A stretch of 26,543 nucleotides of DNA, taken from positions 1 to 26,543 of IMG/VR virus record IMGVR_UViG_3300007735_000552; one strand, written 5' to 3'. Both the position numbers and the translations under genes were made by a program. Under the pieces are notes generated by a model, which worked only from the letters and a program-made list of their open reading frames with translations, searched no databases and was not told where the DNA came from. Below, in pieces: positions 1 to 7,138 of this stretch; the first letter of the stretch is position 1, and each line of letters begins with the position of its first letter. This DNA is from a virus. Its lineage: Duplodnaviria; Caudoviricetes.

Positions 1-395
1 GGGGGGCTTGCGGGGGGCTCAATCACGTCACCGACGCGCACCTGCTCCGCGCGGAGCGTGATCTTGCGAACGCTTGCGAGCGTGGCGCCGTTCATCCACT
101 CGCCGACTGCATCGGCGCACGCGATCGCGGCGGGCGTCGCGACGATCTGATCGCCCGCGGTGCGGATGAACCCGCGCTGCACGAGCGGGCGCAGGATCTC
201 GCGGGAGAGCTGTGCGAGGGTGATCCCACGCTCTCCCGCCATGAGCTCAAGGGCGTAGCGCGGGACGCGGGTGTTCGACACCGCGAGCAGGAGCACGGCC
301 ACCTGACCCGTGCGGTAGACCCGCGCGTCGGACATCTCCGAGGTCTCAGAGCGGATGGTGTCGCAGGCGAGGGAGGCGGAGAGCGTGGCGTTCAT
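1..395 (-). CDS. Hypothetical protein with possible winged-helix domain (runs off left edge)
   Basis: Absent from the ORF track. ATG at 395 follows SD GAAAGGA (411-405), and the frame is open to the window edge. It reads MNATLSASLACDTIRSETSEMSDARVYRTGQVAVLLLAV...ERGITLAQLSREILRPLVQRGFIRTAGDQIVATPAA, a MarR/wHTH-like pattern. Confidence 0.7.
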   Translation of the reverse strand, partial: MNATLSASLACDTIRSETSEMSDARVYRTGQVAVLLLAVSNTRVPRYALELMAGERGITLAQLSREILRPLVQRGFIRTAGDQIVATPAAIACADAVGEWMNGATLASVRKITLRAEQVRVGDVIEPPASP

Positions 396-414
396 GGTCG
401 GGGTTCCTTTCGAC

Positions 415-473
415 GGTCTCGTCAGTGCCCGCGTGACGGGCAGACCGGCCCCCGAAGGGGCGCGGTTTCGACC
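415..473 (-). ncRNA. Hammerhead ribozyme, type II (stem II open)
   Basis: Minus strand: GGUC-GAAA-CCGCGCCCC-UUCG-GGGGCCG-GUC-UGCCCG-UCACG-CGGGCA-CUGACGA-GACC. Core CUGANGA, GAAA and GUC are present. Stem I is 6 bp, stem II is 4 bp, and stem III has one bulged C and a cUUCGg loop. Predicted cut is between 443 and 442. Confidence 0.92.
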
Positions 474-525
474 TGCTCAAACGGTGAAGTTGCGGTAGCT
501 CTTGAGCGCGCGGGTCGCGGTCCTT

Positions 526-972
526 TCAGGCGTAGGCCACGCGCGAGGCGCTCACGCGGCCATCGGGCGTGCGGGTGTAGCAGCGGTGGTCCTCTCCGAC
601 GGAGTGACGGAGGTGCGCCGCGTGGAGGGCATCGCCCGCGGGCGCGACGCTGACGGCGATGCGCGACGAGAGGATCACCAGCGCGGGCACCGCGAGGGCG
701 ACGGCGCGACGCGCGCGGATCTCGTCCGCGCGAGCCATGCGCGCCTCGTGCGCCACCCGCTCACGCTCCGCGGCGGCGCCGCTGTCGATGTCGTTGAGCT
801 CGATGCAGTGCGCCGCGAGGGCGGCGAGGATGCGGCGCGCCGCCATGTGATCGCGCATGATCGCGCCGCCGTCGGTCTGCCCTTCGCAGAGGGCCGCGGT
901 GCGGTACGCGGCGAAGGGAAGCGCCTCGGAGACGATGTCGTTGGCGGCGGCGGTGAGGGCGATGATGTTCAT
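526..972 (-). CDS. Hypothetical protein (148 aa), first gene of leftward operon
   Basis: ATG at 972 (MNIIALTAAAND...) with SD GAAAGGA at 987-981, directly downstream of the sigma70 promoter. The longer upstream start in the ORF track runs through the promoter and is unlikely. Confidence 0.7.
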   Translation of the reverse strand: MNIIALTAAANDIVSEALPFAAYRTAALCEGQTDGGAIMRDHMAARRILAALAAHCIELNDIDSGAAAERERVAHEARMARADEIRARRAVALAVPALVILSSRIAVSVAPAGDALHAAHLRHSVGEDHRCYTRTPDGRVSASRVAYA

Positions 973-1012
973 GGTGGTGGTCCTTTCGTCGCGGTTCGTT
1001 GCGACAAGAGAG

Positions 1013-1041
1013 AATCTAAACCGGCCGCTAGCAGGGGTCAA
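1013..1041 (-). promoter_or_regulatory. Leftward sigma70-type promoter
   Basis: TTGACC (1041-1036), 17 bp spacer, TAGATT (1018-1013), in a locally AT-richer patch about 40 nt upstream of the ATG at 972. Confidence 0.75.
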
Positions 1042-1068
1042 GAGGATCGTTGCACTTTTCTGTCGAAC

Positions 1069-1084
1069 CGCTGGAACTCCAGCG
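1069..1084. promoter_or_regulatory. Inverted repeat, candidate operator
   Basis: CGCTGGA-ac-TCCAGCG, perfect 7-bp arms, 27 nt upstream of the leftward -35. Confidence 0.4.
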
Positions 1085-1146
1085 TTTTCGCGCGACGATT
1101 CCCCGGCGTCGACCCGCGCCGAGGGTGCATCGAGAGGAAGCGCGCA

Positions 1147-1175
1147 GTGTAGGCGCCGCACCTACACGCGCCTAC
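1147..1175. promoter_or_regulatory. Nested inverted repeats, candidate operator next to TTGACA
   Basis: GTGTAGG (1147-1153)/CCTACAC (1161-1167), with an alternative GTAGGCGC (1149-1156)/GCGCCTAC (1168-1175). A perfect TTGACA follows at 1184-1189. Confidence 0.4.
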
Positions 1176-1302
1176 CCCGGGCCTTGACACGCAGCGGCGA
1201 ACCGTGACCCTCTCGCGCGGAGTCCGTGACGGGCAAAGGGTGCCGCGAGACAGCACCCGTCCCGAGTCGGACGCGCCCCGCGTGAGGATCGTCGCGAAGA
1301 GG

Positions 1303-1332
1303 TTGACGCCCGGCGCGGGCCATGCGTACCCT
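1303..1332 (+). promoter_or_regulatory. Candidate rightward promoter
   Basis: TTGACG (1303-1308), 18 bp spacer, TACCCT (1327-1332), upstream of the rightward gene block. Confidence 0.45.
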
Positions 1333-1478
1333 TTACGCCACTTCGGTCCCGCTGCCCCGCCACAGGTGCGCCCTCATCCCGCGTACCTCGCCACGCGCCG
1401 CGGTCGTCGTCCCCCTCCCCGACCGGCCCGCCGCAGCGCGGAGCACGGTGGGCGCGGGACCGGAGTGACCCCCCCGCG

Positions 1479-1673
1479 ATGCTTCTCACCGCACGCGACC
1501 TCACCGCCCGCGGCTTCGCCCCGCGCACTGCGCAACGCCTCCTCGCGAGGCTCGCGCGCCAGGGCCACGCGGTGACAATCGCGACAGGCGGACGCCCTGC
1601 CCTCGCGGTCGACGCTGCGACGCTCGCGCGACTCGCGGGCGCTGACCTCGACGCGGTGATCGAGTGCCGCTGA
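1479..1673 (+). CDS. Small HTH-like DNA-binding protein (64 aa)
   Basis: MLLTARDLTARGFAPRTAQRLLARL...TGGRP is an excisionase/MerR-like wHTH pattern. Its end overlaps the next ORF. Confidence 0.55.
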   Translation: MLLTARDLTARGFAPRTAQRLLARLARQGHAVTIATGGRPALAVDAATLARLAGADLDAVIECR

Positions 1674-1882
1674 CGGACGCCGAACGACGCGTCCTCGACG
1701 CACGCAGCGCCGCGACGTGGCGCGCCATCCGCGAGGCCGCGGAGTGTGCGTTCGATGCCGCGACGACGTACCGCTACCACGACGGCGCGCAGACGCATGA
1801 CTGCGCCGACATGACCACACTCGCACGAGTGACGCGACCCGCACGCAAGCGCGACCGCGTCCGATGGCGAGAGGACCGATGA
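1664..1882 (+). CDS. Hypothetical protein (72 aa)
   Basis: Overlaps the upstream ORF, and its TGA overlaps the small terminase ATG (ATGA at 1879-1882). Confidence 0.5.
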   Translation: MPLTDAERRVLDARSAATWRAIREAAECAFDAATTYRYHDGAQTHDCADMTTLARVTRPARKRDRVRWREDR

Positions 1883-2340
1883 CGATGCCCCGCGGAGTAC
1901 CGCTCACACCCGATCAGATGGCAGCGGCGCTGCGCGTCTACCTCGAGACGGGCAATTACGCCGAGGCCGCGCGTGCCATCGGCGCCGACGCGAGCAACGT
2001 GCGGCGGCAACTGATCGCATCGCGTGAGCCGGAAAGAGCCTCACTTCACACGCACGCGCTCGCACGCGCGGAGCGTGATGCACGCCGCGCCTTGGAACGC
2101 ATCCGCGCGAAGCTCGAAGCCGCCGCCGATGGTGCCGCGGAGGTCAAGGACCTCGCCGCCCTCGCCGCGCAGATCCACGACAACGCGCGGGCCACGACGC
2201 AGATGCGCGTGGCACACGCGAAGCTCACGGGCGAGCACGCCGCAGAGAAGCACGCGCACACCGTGGAGGCTGACGATGTCCTCGCCAGCAAGCTTGCTCG
2301 CCTCGCTGCCGCCGCAGCAACGGGCGAAGATCCTCGCTGA
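1879..2340 (+). CDS. terS: Terminase small subunit (putative)
   Basis: N-terminal HTH (ETGNYAEAARAIGADASNVRRQL) followed by helical segments. SD GAGAGGA. Lies immediately upstream of the large terminase. Confidence 0.7.
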   Translation: MTMPRGVPLTPDQMAAALRVYLETGNYAEAARAIGADASNVRRQLIASREPERASLHTHALARAERDARRALERIRAKLEAAADGAAEVKDLAALAAQIHDNARATTQMRVAHAKLTGEHAAEKHAHTVEADDVLASKLARLAAAAATGEDPR

Positions 2341-3595
2341 GTTCACGCCCGCCGAACGCGCGGCGATGGTCAACGCGTGGCCCGTGTGGGCGCGCGCGGA
2401 TCAACTGCCGCCGCGCGGGCCGTGGCGCACGTGGCTGGTGCTCGCCGGTCGAGGGTGGGGCAAGTCTCGCACGGGCGCGGAGTGGGTCCGCGCTGAGGTG
2501 AAGTCAGGTCGCGCGGGGCGCATCGCACTCGTCGCGCGCACCGCTGCTGACGTGCGGGACGTGATCGTCGAGGGAGAGAGCGGCATCCTCGCGATCTCAC
2601 CGAAGGGTGAGCGCCCGACGTGGGAGCCGTCGCGTCGCAGGCTGACGTGGCCGAACGGCGCGCAGGCGACGACGTACAGCGCCGAGGAGCCCGACCAGCT
2701 GCGCGGGCCGCAGCACGACCTCGCGTGGACCGACGAGCTCGCGGCGTGGCGGTACCCCGACGCGTGGGACCAACTGCGCTTCGGCCTGCGCCTCGGCAAC
2801 CATCCGCGCGTGTGCGTCACGACGACGCCGCGACCGACGAAGATCATCCGCGACCTCATCGCGGCGAGCGACACGGTGATCACCCGAGGTCGCACGCGCG
2901 ACAACGTCGCGAACCTCGCGCCGGGTGTCGTCGCAGAGTTGGAGCGACGCTACGCGGGCTCGCGGCTCGGGCGGCAGGAGTTGGACGGCGAGGTGCTTGA
3001 CGACTCCGCGGGCGCGCTGTTTCGCTGGACGTGGGTCGACACCGCGCGTGTCGCGAAGGCGCCCGACCTCCGGCGCGTCGTCGTCGCGGTGGACCCTGCT
3101 ACCACGTCGCACGACGAGAGCGATGAGACGGGCATCGTCGTCGCGGGCATCGGGTACGACGGGCGCGGGTACATCCTCGCCGACGAGAGCGGACGCTACC
3201 GCCCCGAGGAGTGGGCGCGCAGGGTCGCGAGCGCGTACACCACGCACCGCGCCGACTCCGTCATCGCAGAGGGCAACCAGGGCGGCGAGATGGTCGCCTC
3301 CGTGCTGCGCTCCGCAGGCGGCGCAGGGATGCCCGTTCGCATCGTGCACGCGAAGCGCGGCAAGGCCACGCGCGCTGAGCCCGTCGCGGTGCTCTACGAG
3401 CAGGGCCGCGTGTCGCACGTCGGGTCACTCGCGCGGCTTGAGGATCAGCTCACGACGTGGGACCCGGCGACGGCGCACGCGAGCCCCGATCGCCTCGACG
3501 CGCTGGTGTACGCCGTGACTGAGTTGATGGGTGCGGCACCCTCAACCGCAACGCCTCCGAAGCCCGTTCGCGCTGCCCCGTCGTGGGGCTTCTAA
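2276..3595 (+). CDS. terL: Terminase large subunit (Terminase_6-type)
   Basis: Walker A GRGWGKS, LRGPQH...WTDE Walker B, TTTPRP coupling motif, RQELDGE, nuclease VVAVDPA and SPDRLDALV. Start placed at ATG 2276 (MSSPASLL); the exact start is uncertain. Confidence 0.95.
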   Translation: MSSPASLLASLPPQQRAKILAEFTPAERAAMVNAWPVWARADQLPPRGPWRTWLVLAGRGWGKSRTGAEWVRAEVKSGRAGRIALVARTAADVRDVIVEGESGILAISPKGERPTWEPSRRRLTWPNGAQATTYSAEEPDQLRGPQHDLAWTDELAAWRYPDAWDQLRFGLRLGNHPRVCVTTTPRPTKIIRDLIAASDTVITRGRTRDNVANLAPGVVAELERRYAGSRLGRQELDGEVLDDSAGALFRWTWVDTARVAKAPDLRRVVVAVDPATTSHDESDETGIVVAGIGYDGRGYILADESGRYRPEEWARRVASAYTTHRADSVIAEGNQGGEMVASVLRSAGGAGMPVRIVHAKRGKATRAEPVAVLYEQGRVSHVGSLARLEDQLTTWDPATAHASPDRLDALVYAVTELMGAAPSTATPPKPVRAAPSWGF

Positions 3596-3598
3596 CCG

Positions 3599-4942
3599 AT
3601 GCCCCCTCGCACCAACTACGAGACCACGCCGTCGCCGATGGACCGCATTCAGCGGCGCCTCGGCGCAGGACTGACGCCGCAGGCCATCACCGTCACGCAA
3701 CGCGCGGCGGACGAGGGCCGCATGGCGCTTTGGGCGGACCTTCTCGATGAGGTCCGACAGGGCGACCCGCACCTCCACGGTGACCTCCAGAAGCGCGAGT
3801 TGAGCGTCGCGGGCGCGGACTATGAGTTGCGCTTCCCGACGGGCGCCACGAAGCGCGCCGGCGCCACCGCGCTGCGGTTGTGCCAGGACGCCATCGAGGC
3901 CATCGCACCGCCCGCAGGATCGCTCGCGGTGAGCTTCCGCGGCGCGATGCAGAACCTGCTCACGGCGAACTGGCACGGGCGCGCCGCCGTCGAGATGGTC
4001 TACTCGCGCGACGGTCGCTACACGATCCCGACGGAGGCGTACCCGATCCATGCGCGTCGTCTATCGTGGTCCAACGACCTCGATTGGCGGCTCTACCTCT
4101 ACGACGAGACGACGGGCGACACGCGCTTCTCTCGCTTCCCCGGCGTGCCCTTCAGCGACCGCGCGATGTTCCCCGCGGGGAAGATCCTGCTGCACACGCC
4201 GCGGCTCTTCGGCACCTACCCGACGCGCGAAGGGCTCGGCCGCGCGCTGGTGTGGTACAGCGCGTTCAAGCGATGGACCGTGCGCGATTGGCTCGCCTTC
4301 GCAGAGTGGGCGGGCCGCGGGTTGCGCGTGGGCAAGTACGCCACAGGGCGCGACTCCAAGAACGACATGCGCGCCAACGAAGAGGACAAGGCCGCGCTCG
4401 AAGAAGCACTCGTTGCGATGTCCTCCACGGTCGCGACGATCATCCCCGACGTGACCGACCTGCAAGTGATCCCGCCGCACTCCACGGAGGTTCACGCGGA
4501 CCTCGTGAAGCTGTGCAACGGCGAGATGAGCAAGGCCATCCTCGGCGGCACGCTCACGTCAGACCCGGGCGACCGCGGCGCGCGCTCACTCGGCGAGGTA
4601 CACCTTCGCGCGATGACGCAACTCCTCAAGAGCGACGCGGAGAACCTCGCCGACACGCTGCGACGCGACCTGTTCGGGCCGCTCGTGCGCATGAACCTCG
4701 GTGACCGCGCGCCGGTGCCGCACATCGTGATCAACGTCGAGCCGCCCGAGGATGCGAAGTCCCGCGCGGAGCGGCTCAAGCTCTACATGGAGCACGGGTT
4801 GAGCGTCGGCGCCGAATGGGTGCGCGACATGGAGGGCATCCCCTCGCCACAGCCCGGCGAAGAGGTCATCGGCGGCAAGCCCGTCGCAGCGCCCGCGCAG
4901 CCCGCGCCCACGGCCACCGATCCCACCGACACGGGCGAGTGA
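3599..4942 (+). CDS. Portal protein, DUF935 / Mu gp29-like
   Basis: DPHLHGDLQKRE, GLGRALVW, DWLAFAE, EMSKAILGGTLT and RSLGEVH motifs. Follows terL. Confidence 0.92.
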   Translation: MPPRTNYETTPSPMDRIQRRLGAGLTPQAITVTQRAADEGRMALWADLLDEVRQGDPHLHGDLQKRELSVAGADYELRFPTGATKRAGATALRLCQDAIEAIAPPAGSLAVSFRGAMQNLLTANWHGRAAVEMVYSRDGRYTIPTEAYPIHARRLSWSNDLDWRLYLYDETTGDTRFSRFPGVPFSDRAMFPAGKILLHTPRLFGTYPTREGLGRALVWYSAFKRWTVRDWLAFAEWAGRGLRVGKYATGRDSKNDMRANEEDKAALEEALVAMSSTVATIIPDVTDLQVIPPHSTEVHADLVKLCNGEMSKAILGGTLTSDPGDRGARSLGEVHLRAMTQLLKSDAENLADTLRRDLFGPLVRMNLGDRAPVPHIVINVEPPEDAKSRAERLKLYMEHGLSVGAEWVRDMEGIPSPQPGEEVIGGKPVAAPAQPAPTATDPTDTGE

Positions 4943-6729
4943 TGGCGGTCTACGACGGGATCAACTTCCGCCCGCCGACTGGTGTGCGGAGCGCCTGCGC
5001 GCGCGGCATCGCGCTGCGCGAAGAGGGCTACGGCGGCGACGGTCTTCGGCCCGAGACAGTCGCGTGGGCGCGGCGTCTCTCGGCGGGTGAGCGCGTCTCC
5101 CCGGAGAAGGCGCGGAAGATGAACGCATGGTTCGCGCGACACGGCGCGAGCCCCGAAGAGAACCGAGCGCGCCGCGAGGACAAGACCTCGCCCGCGTGGG
5201 TCGCGTGGCTGCTATGGGGTGGCGACGCAGGGCGCTCATGGAGCGCGAAGCTGGTGCGACAGATGGACGCGAGAGACAAGGCAGCGCGCACGTCGCGCAC
5301 GATGCAGGGCGTCGGTGTGAAGCTCGATGCCGTGGTGAGCGGCGGCGGTGACTCACCGTGGAACGTGCTCGCCTACGAGGTCGCGCTGCAAGGGCGCGGA
5401 GACGTGGCGCTCACGCGCGCGGACTTCGATCAGTGCGTTGCGAACTTCATGCGGTGGGGCAAGGAGGTCCCGGTGGTGCTCTACCACGCGGACACCGATC
5501 CGATGTCGCACCCGATGTCCCGCGAGGCGCACGCCTGGATTACCGCGATGCGAGTGGGCTCCATGCAGCGTGACGGCAAGACCGTTGCGACCCTCGAGGC
5601 GCGGTTCCGGTGGGTCAACGCGGAGACGCGCGCGAGCGTCGAGCGCGGCGCCCTCGCGTACGGCTCGGTGACCCTCGTTCAGAACGGCGTGGACGAGGAA
5701 AGCGGCGACGCCGTGGGGAGCTTCCTCTGGTCGTTCAGCCTCACGAACAACCCCGCCCTCGTGGACATCCCGCGCATTGCCGCGGAGCGCACCGTGCCCA
5801 TCCGCGCGGGCATGTACTACGGCGCTGTCGAGGACCGCGAAGACGTGCTCGCCATGCTGCGCGCGGAGCTGATGCTCCCGGCGCTCGCGTCCGAGGCCGA
5901 CGTGATGCGAGAGATCGACAAGCTCTCCGCAATGGTCGGCTCCGACGAGGATGAGACCGGCGTCGACGTGGACGACATCATCGAGTGCATCCGCGAGGCG
6001 ATGCGCCTCCCTGCGCTCACCACCGCTGACGAGGTGATCGCGGCGGTTCGCAAGGCTCTCGCGTCGCCGTCGAGCGACGCACAGAACTCGGCCAGCAACG
6101 CGCTGCCGATGCACCGCGGGCACGCGCCCGCATCTCTCCGACAGGAGTTCACCATGTCTCACACGTTCATCACCCTCGCGGCGCGGCTCGGCATCGCCTG
6201 CACTGACGAGGGGGCCGCGCAGCAGCAGGTGCTTGCGCGTGCCGAGGAGTCGCTTCCGATCCGCCGTCAGCTCGGGCTGTCGGTGGAGGCAAGCGCCAAG
6301 GATGTCGCCGCCCGCATCGAGTCCCTCACCGCCGACGCCGCGCGCGTCACCGCGCTCTCCGCGGAGGTCGAGGCACTCAAGGTCATCGAGGCCGACCGCG
6401 CCGCCCGCGAGGTCGCCGCCCACGTCGACGCGCTCTGCGTCGACCCCGCGATGGCCCGCTCGCGCGTCGCCCTCGAGGCGTTCGCCAAGGCCGACTACGC
6501 CGCGTTCTCGAAGGCGTACCCGCGCCCCGCGCACGGCGCCGTCTCGACGCTGTCGCAGCGCATGACCGCGCCCGCGTCGGAGGTGCCCTCGGCCCTCGAC
6601 GGAGAGGACTCGCACACCGACCGCGCCGACGTGATCGCTCGTGAGCTCATGTCGAAGGACTCGAAGATGTCGTACGCCGTCGCGCTGTCGCGCGCCTCGG
6701 CCATCCTCGTGCAGAAGGCGGTGTCGTGA
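4942..6729 (+). CDS. Prohead protease/scaffold (Mu I-like) with extra N-terminal domain
   Basis: TGATG overlap with the portal stop. Contains VVLYH, AHAWIT, SLTNNPAL (Mu-type protease motif), a C-terminal helical scaffold and an N-terminal AWLLWGGDAG domain. Confidence 0.85.
   Translation: MAVYDGINFRPPTGVRSACARGIALREEGYGGDGLRPETVAWARRLSAGERVSPEKARKMNAWFARHGASPEENRARREDKTSPAWVAWLLWGGDAGRSWSAKLVRQMDARDKAARTSRTMQGVGVKLDAVVSGGGDSPWNVLAYEVALQGRGDVALTRADFDQCVANFMRWGKEVPVVLYHADTDPMSHPMSREAHAWITAMRVGSMQRDGKTVATLEARFRWVNAETRASVERGALAYGSVTLVQNGVDEESGDAVGSFLWSFSLTNNPALVDIPRIAAERTVPIRAGMYYGAVEDREDVLAMLRAELMLPALASEADVMREIDKLSAMVGSDEDETGVDVDDIIECIREAMRLPALTTADEVIAAVRKALASPSSDAQNSASNALPMHRGHAPASLRQEFTMSHTFITLAARLGIACTDEGAAQQQVLARAEESLPIRRQLGLSVEASAKDVAARIESLTADAARVTALSAEVEALKVIEADRAAREVAAHVDALCVDPAMARSRVALEAFAKADYAAFSKAYPRPAHGAVSTLSQRMTAPASEVPSALDGEDSHTDRADVIARELMSKDSKMSYAVALSRASAILVQKAVS
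6154..6729 (+). CDS. Probable internally initiated scaffold protein (Mu Z-like)
   Basis: In-frame ATG at 6154 preceded by AGGAG (6143-6147), after a low-complexity linker. The product is helical/coiled-coil. Confidence 0.6.
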   Translation: MSHTFITLAARLGIACTDEGAAQQQVLARAEESLPIRRQLGLSVEASAKDVAARIESLTADAARVTALSAEVEALKVIEADRAAREVAAHVDALCVDPAMARSRVALEAFAKADYAAFSKAYPRPAHGAVSTLSQRMTAPASEVPSALDGEDSHTDRADVIARELMSKDSKMSYAVALSRASAILVQKAVS

Positions 6730-7133
6730 TGTCGACCTCCATGCGCAACCCGGGCTTCATCCGGCAGGCCATCGCGGAGGCGACCATCGCTGACGGCGTG
6801 GCCTGCATCGTCGGCACCGCGGACTACTCCGCGACCGTCGCCGCGGCGAACCCCACCGCGGGCGTCATTGGCATCGCCAAGGTCGACGGCGGCGGCTCCG
6901 TGGCGAGCGGCGGCACCGTCGACATCGTGACCTCGGGCATCTACCCCGGCGTCGCGATGGTCTCCATCACGCAGGGTCAGGCCGTGACCGTGGGCGACAG
7001 CGCGGGCGGGCTCAAGCCCGCGGCGCCCTCGGCGGGCGTCAACCTGATGGTGCTCGGCACCGCGCAGGCCGACGCCGCCACGGGTGAGCGCGTCGCCGTC
7101 CAGATCAACATCTACGTCATGCAGGGAGCGTGA
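6729..7133 (+). CDS. Capsid decoration/cement protein (DUF2190-like)
   Basis: Small Gly/Ala/Val-rich beta protein (GVIGIA, VDIVTSG, ITQGQAV, LGTAQADA) between protease and capsid genes. Confidence 0.75.
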   Translation: MSTSMRNPGFIRQAIAEATIADGVACIVGTADYSATVAAANPTAGVIGIAKVDGGGSVASGGTVDIVTSGIYPGVAMVSITQGQAVTVGDSAGGLKPAAPSAGVNLMVLGTAQADAATGERVAVQINIYVMQGA

Positions 7134-7138
7134 TCACC

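Noticed and set aside
1-19. Tandem GGGGGGCT at the window start
   Set aside because: Two short copies inside a coding frame at the edge; not interpretable without flanking sequence.
446-468. GC hairpin followed by TTT as an intrinsic terminator on the + strand
   Set aside because: There are only three T residues, and the hairpin is fully explained as hammerhead stem III plus GAAA on the minus strand.
1231-1280. Resemblance to a c-di-GMP-I riboswitch (GGCAAA, hairpin, GGACGC)
   Set aside because: GACGC is not adjacent to the hairpin, and the following AAAGC and the second stem with its conserved receptor are missing.
2024-2275. N-terminal extension of terL in the ORF track
   Set aside because: It lies wholly inside terS in another frame and has an Arg/Ser/Pro-rich shadow composition.
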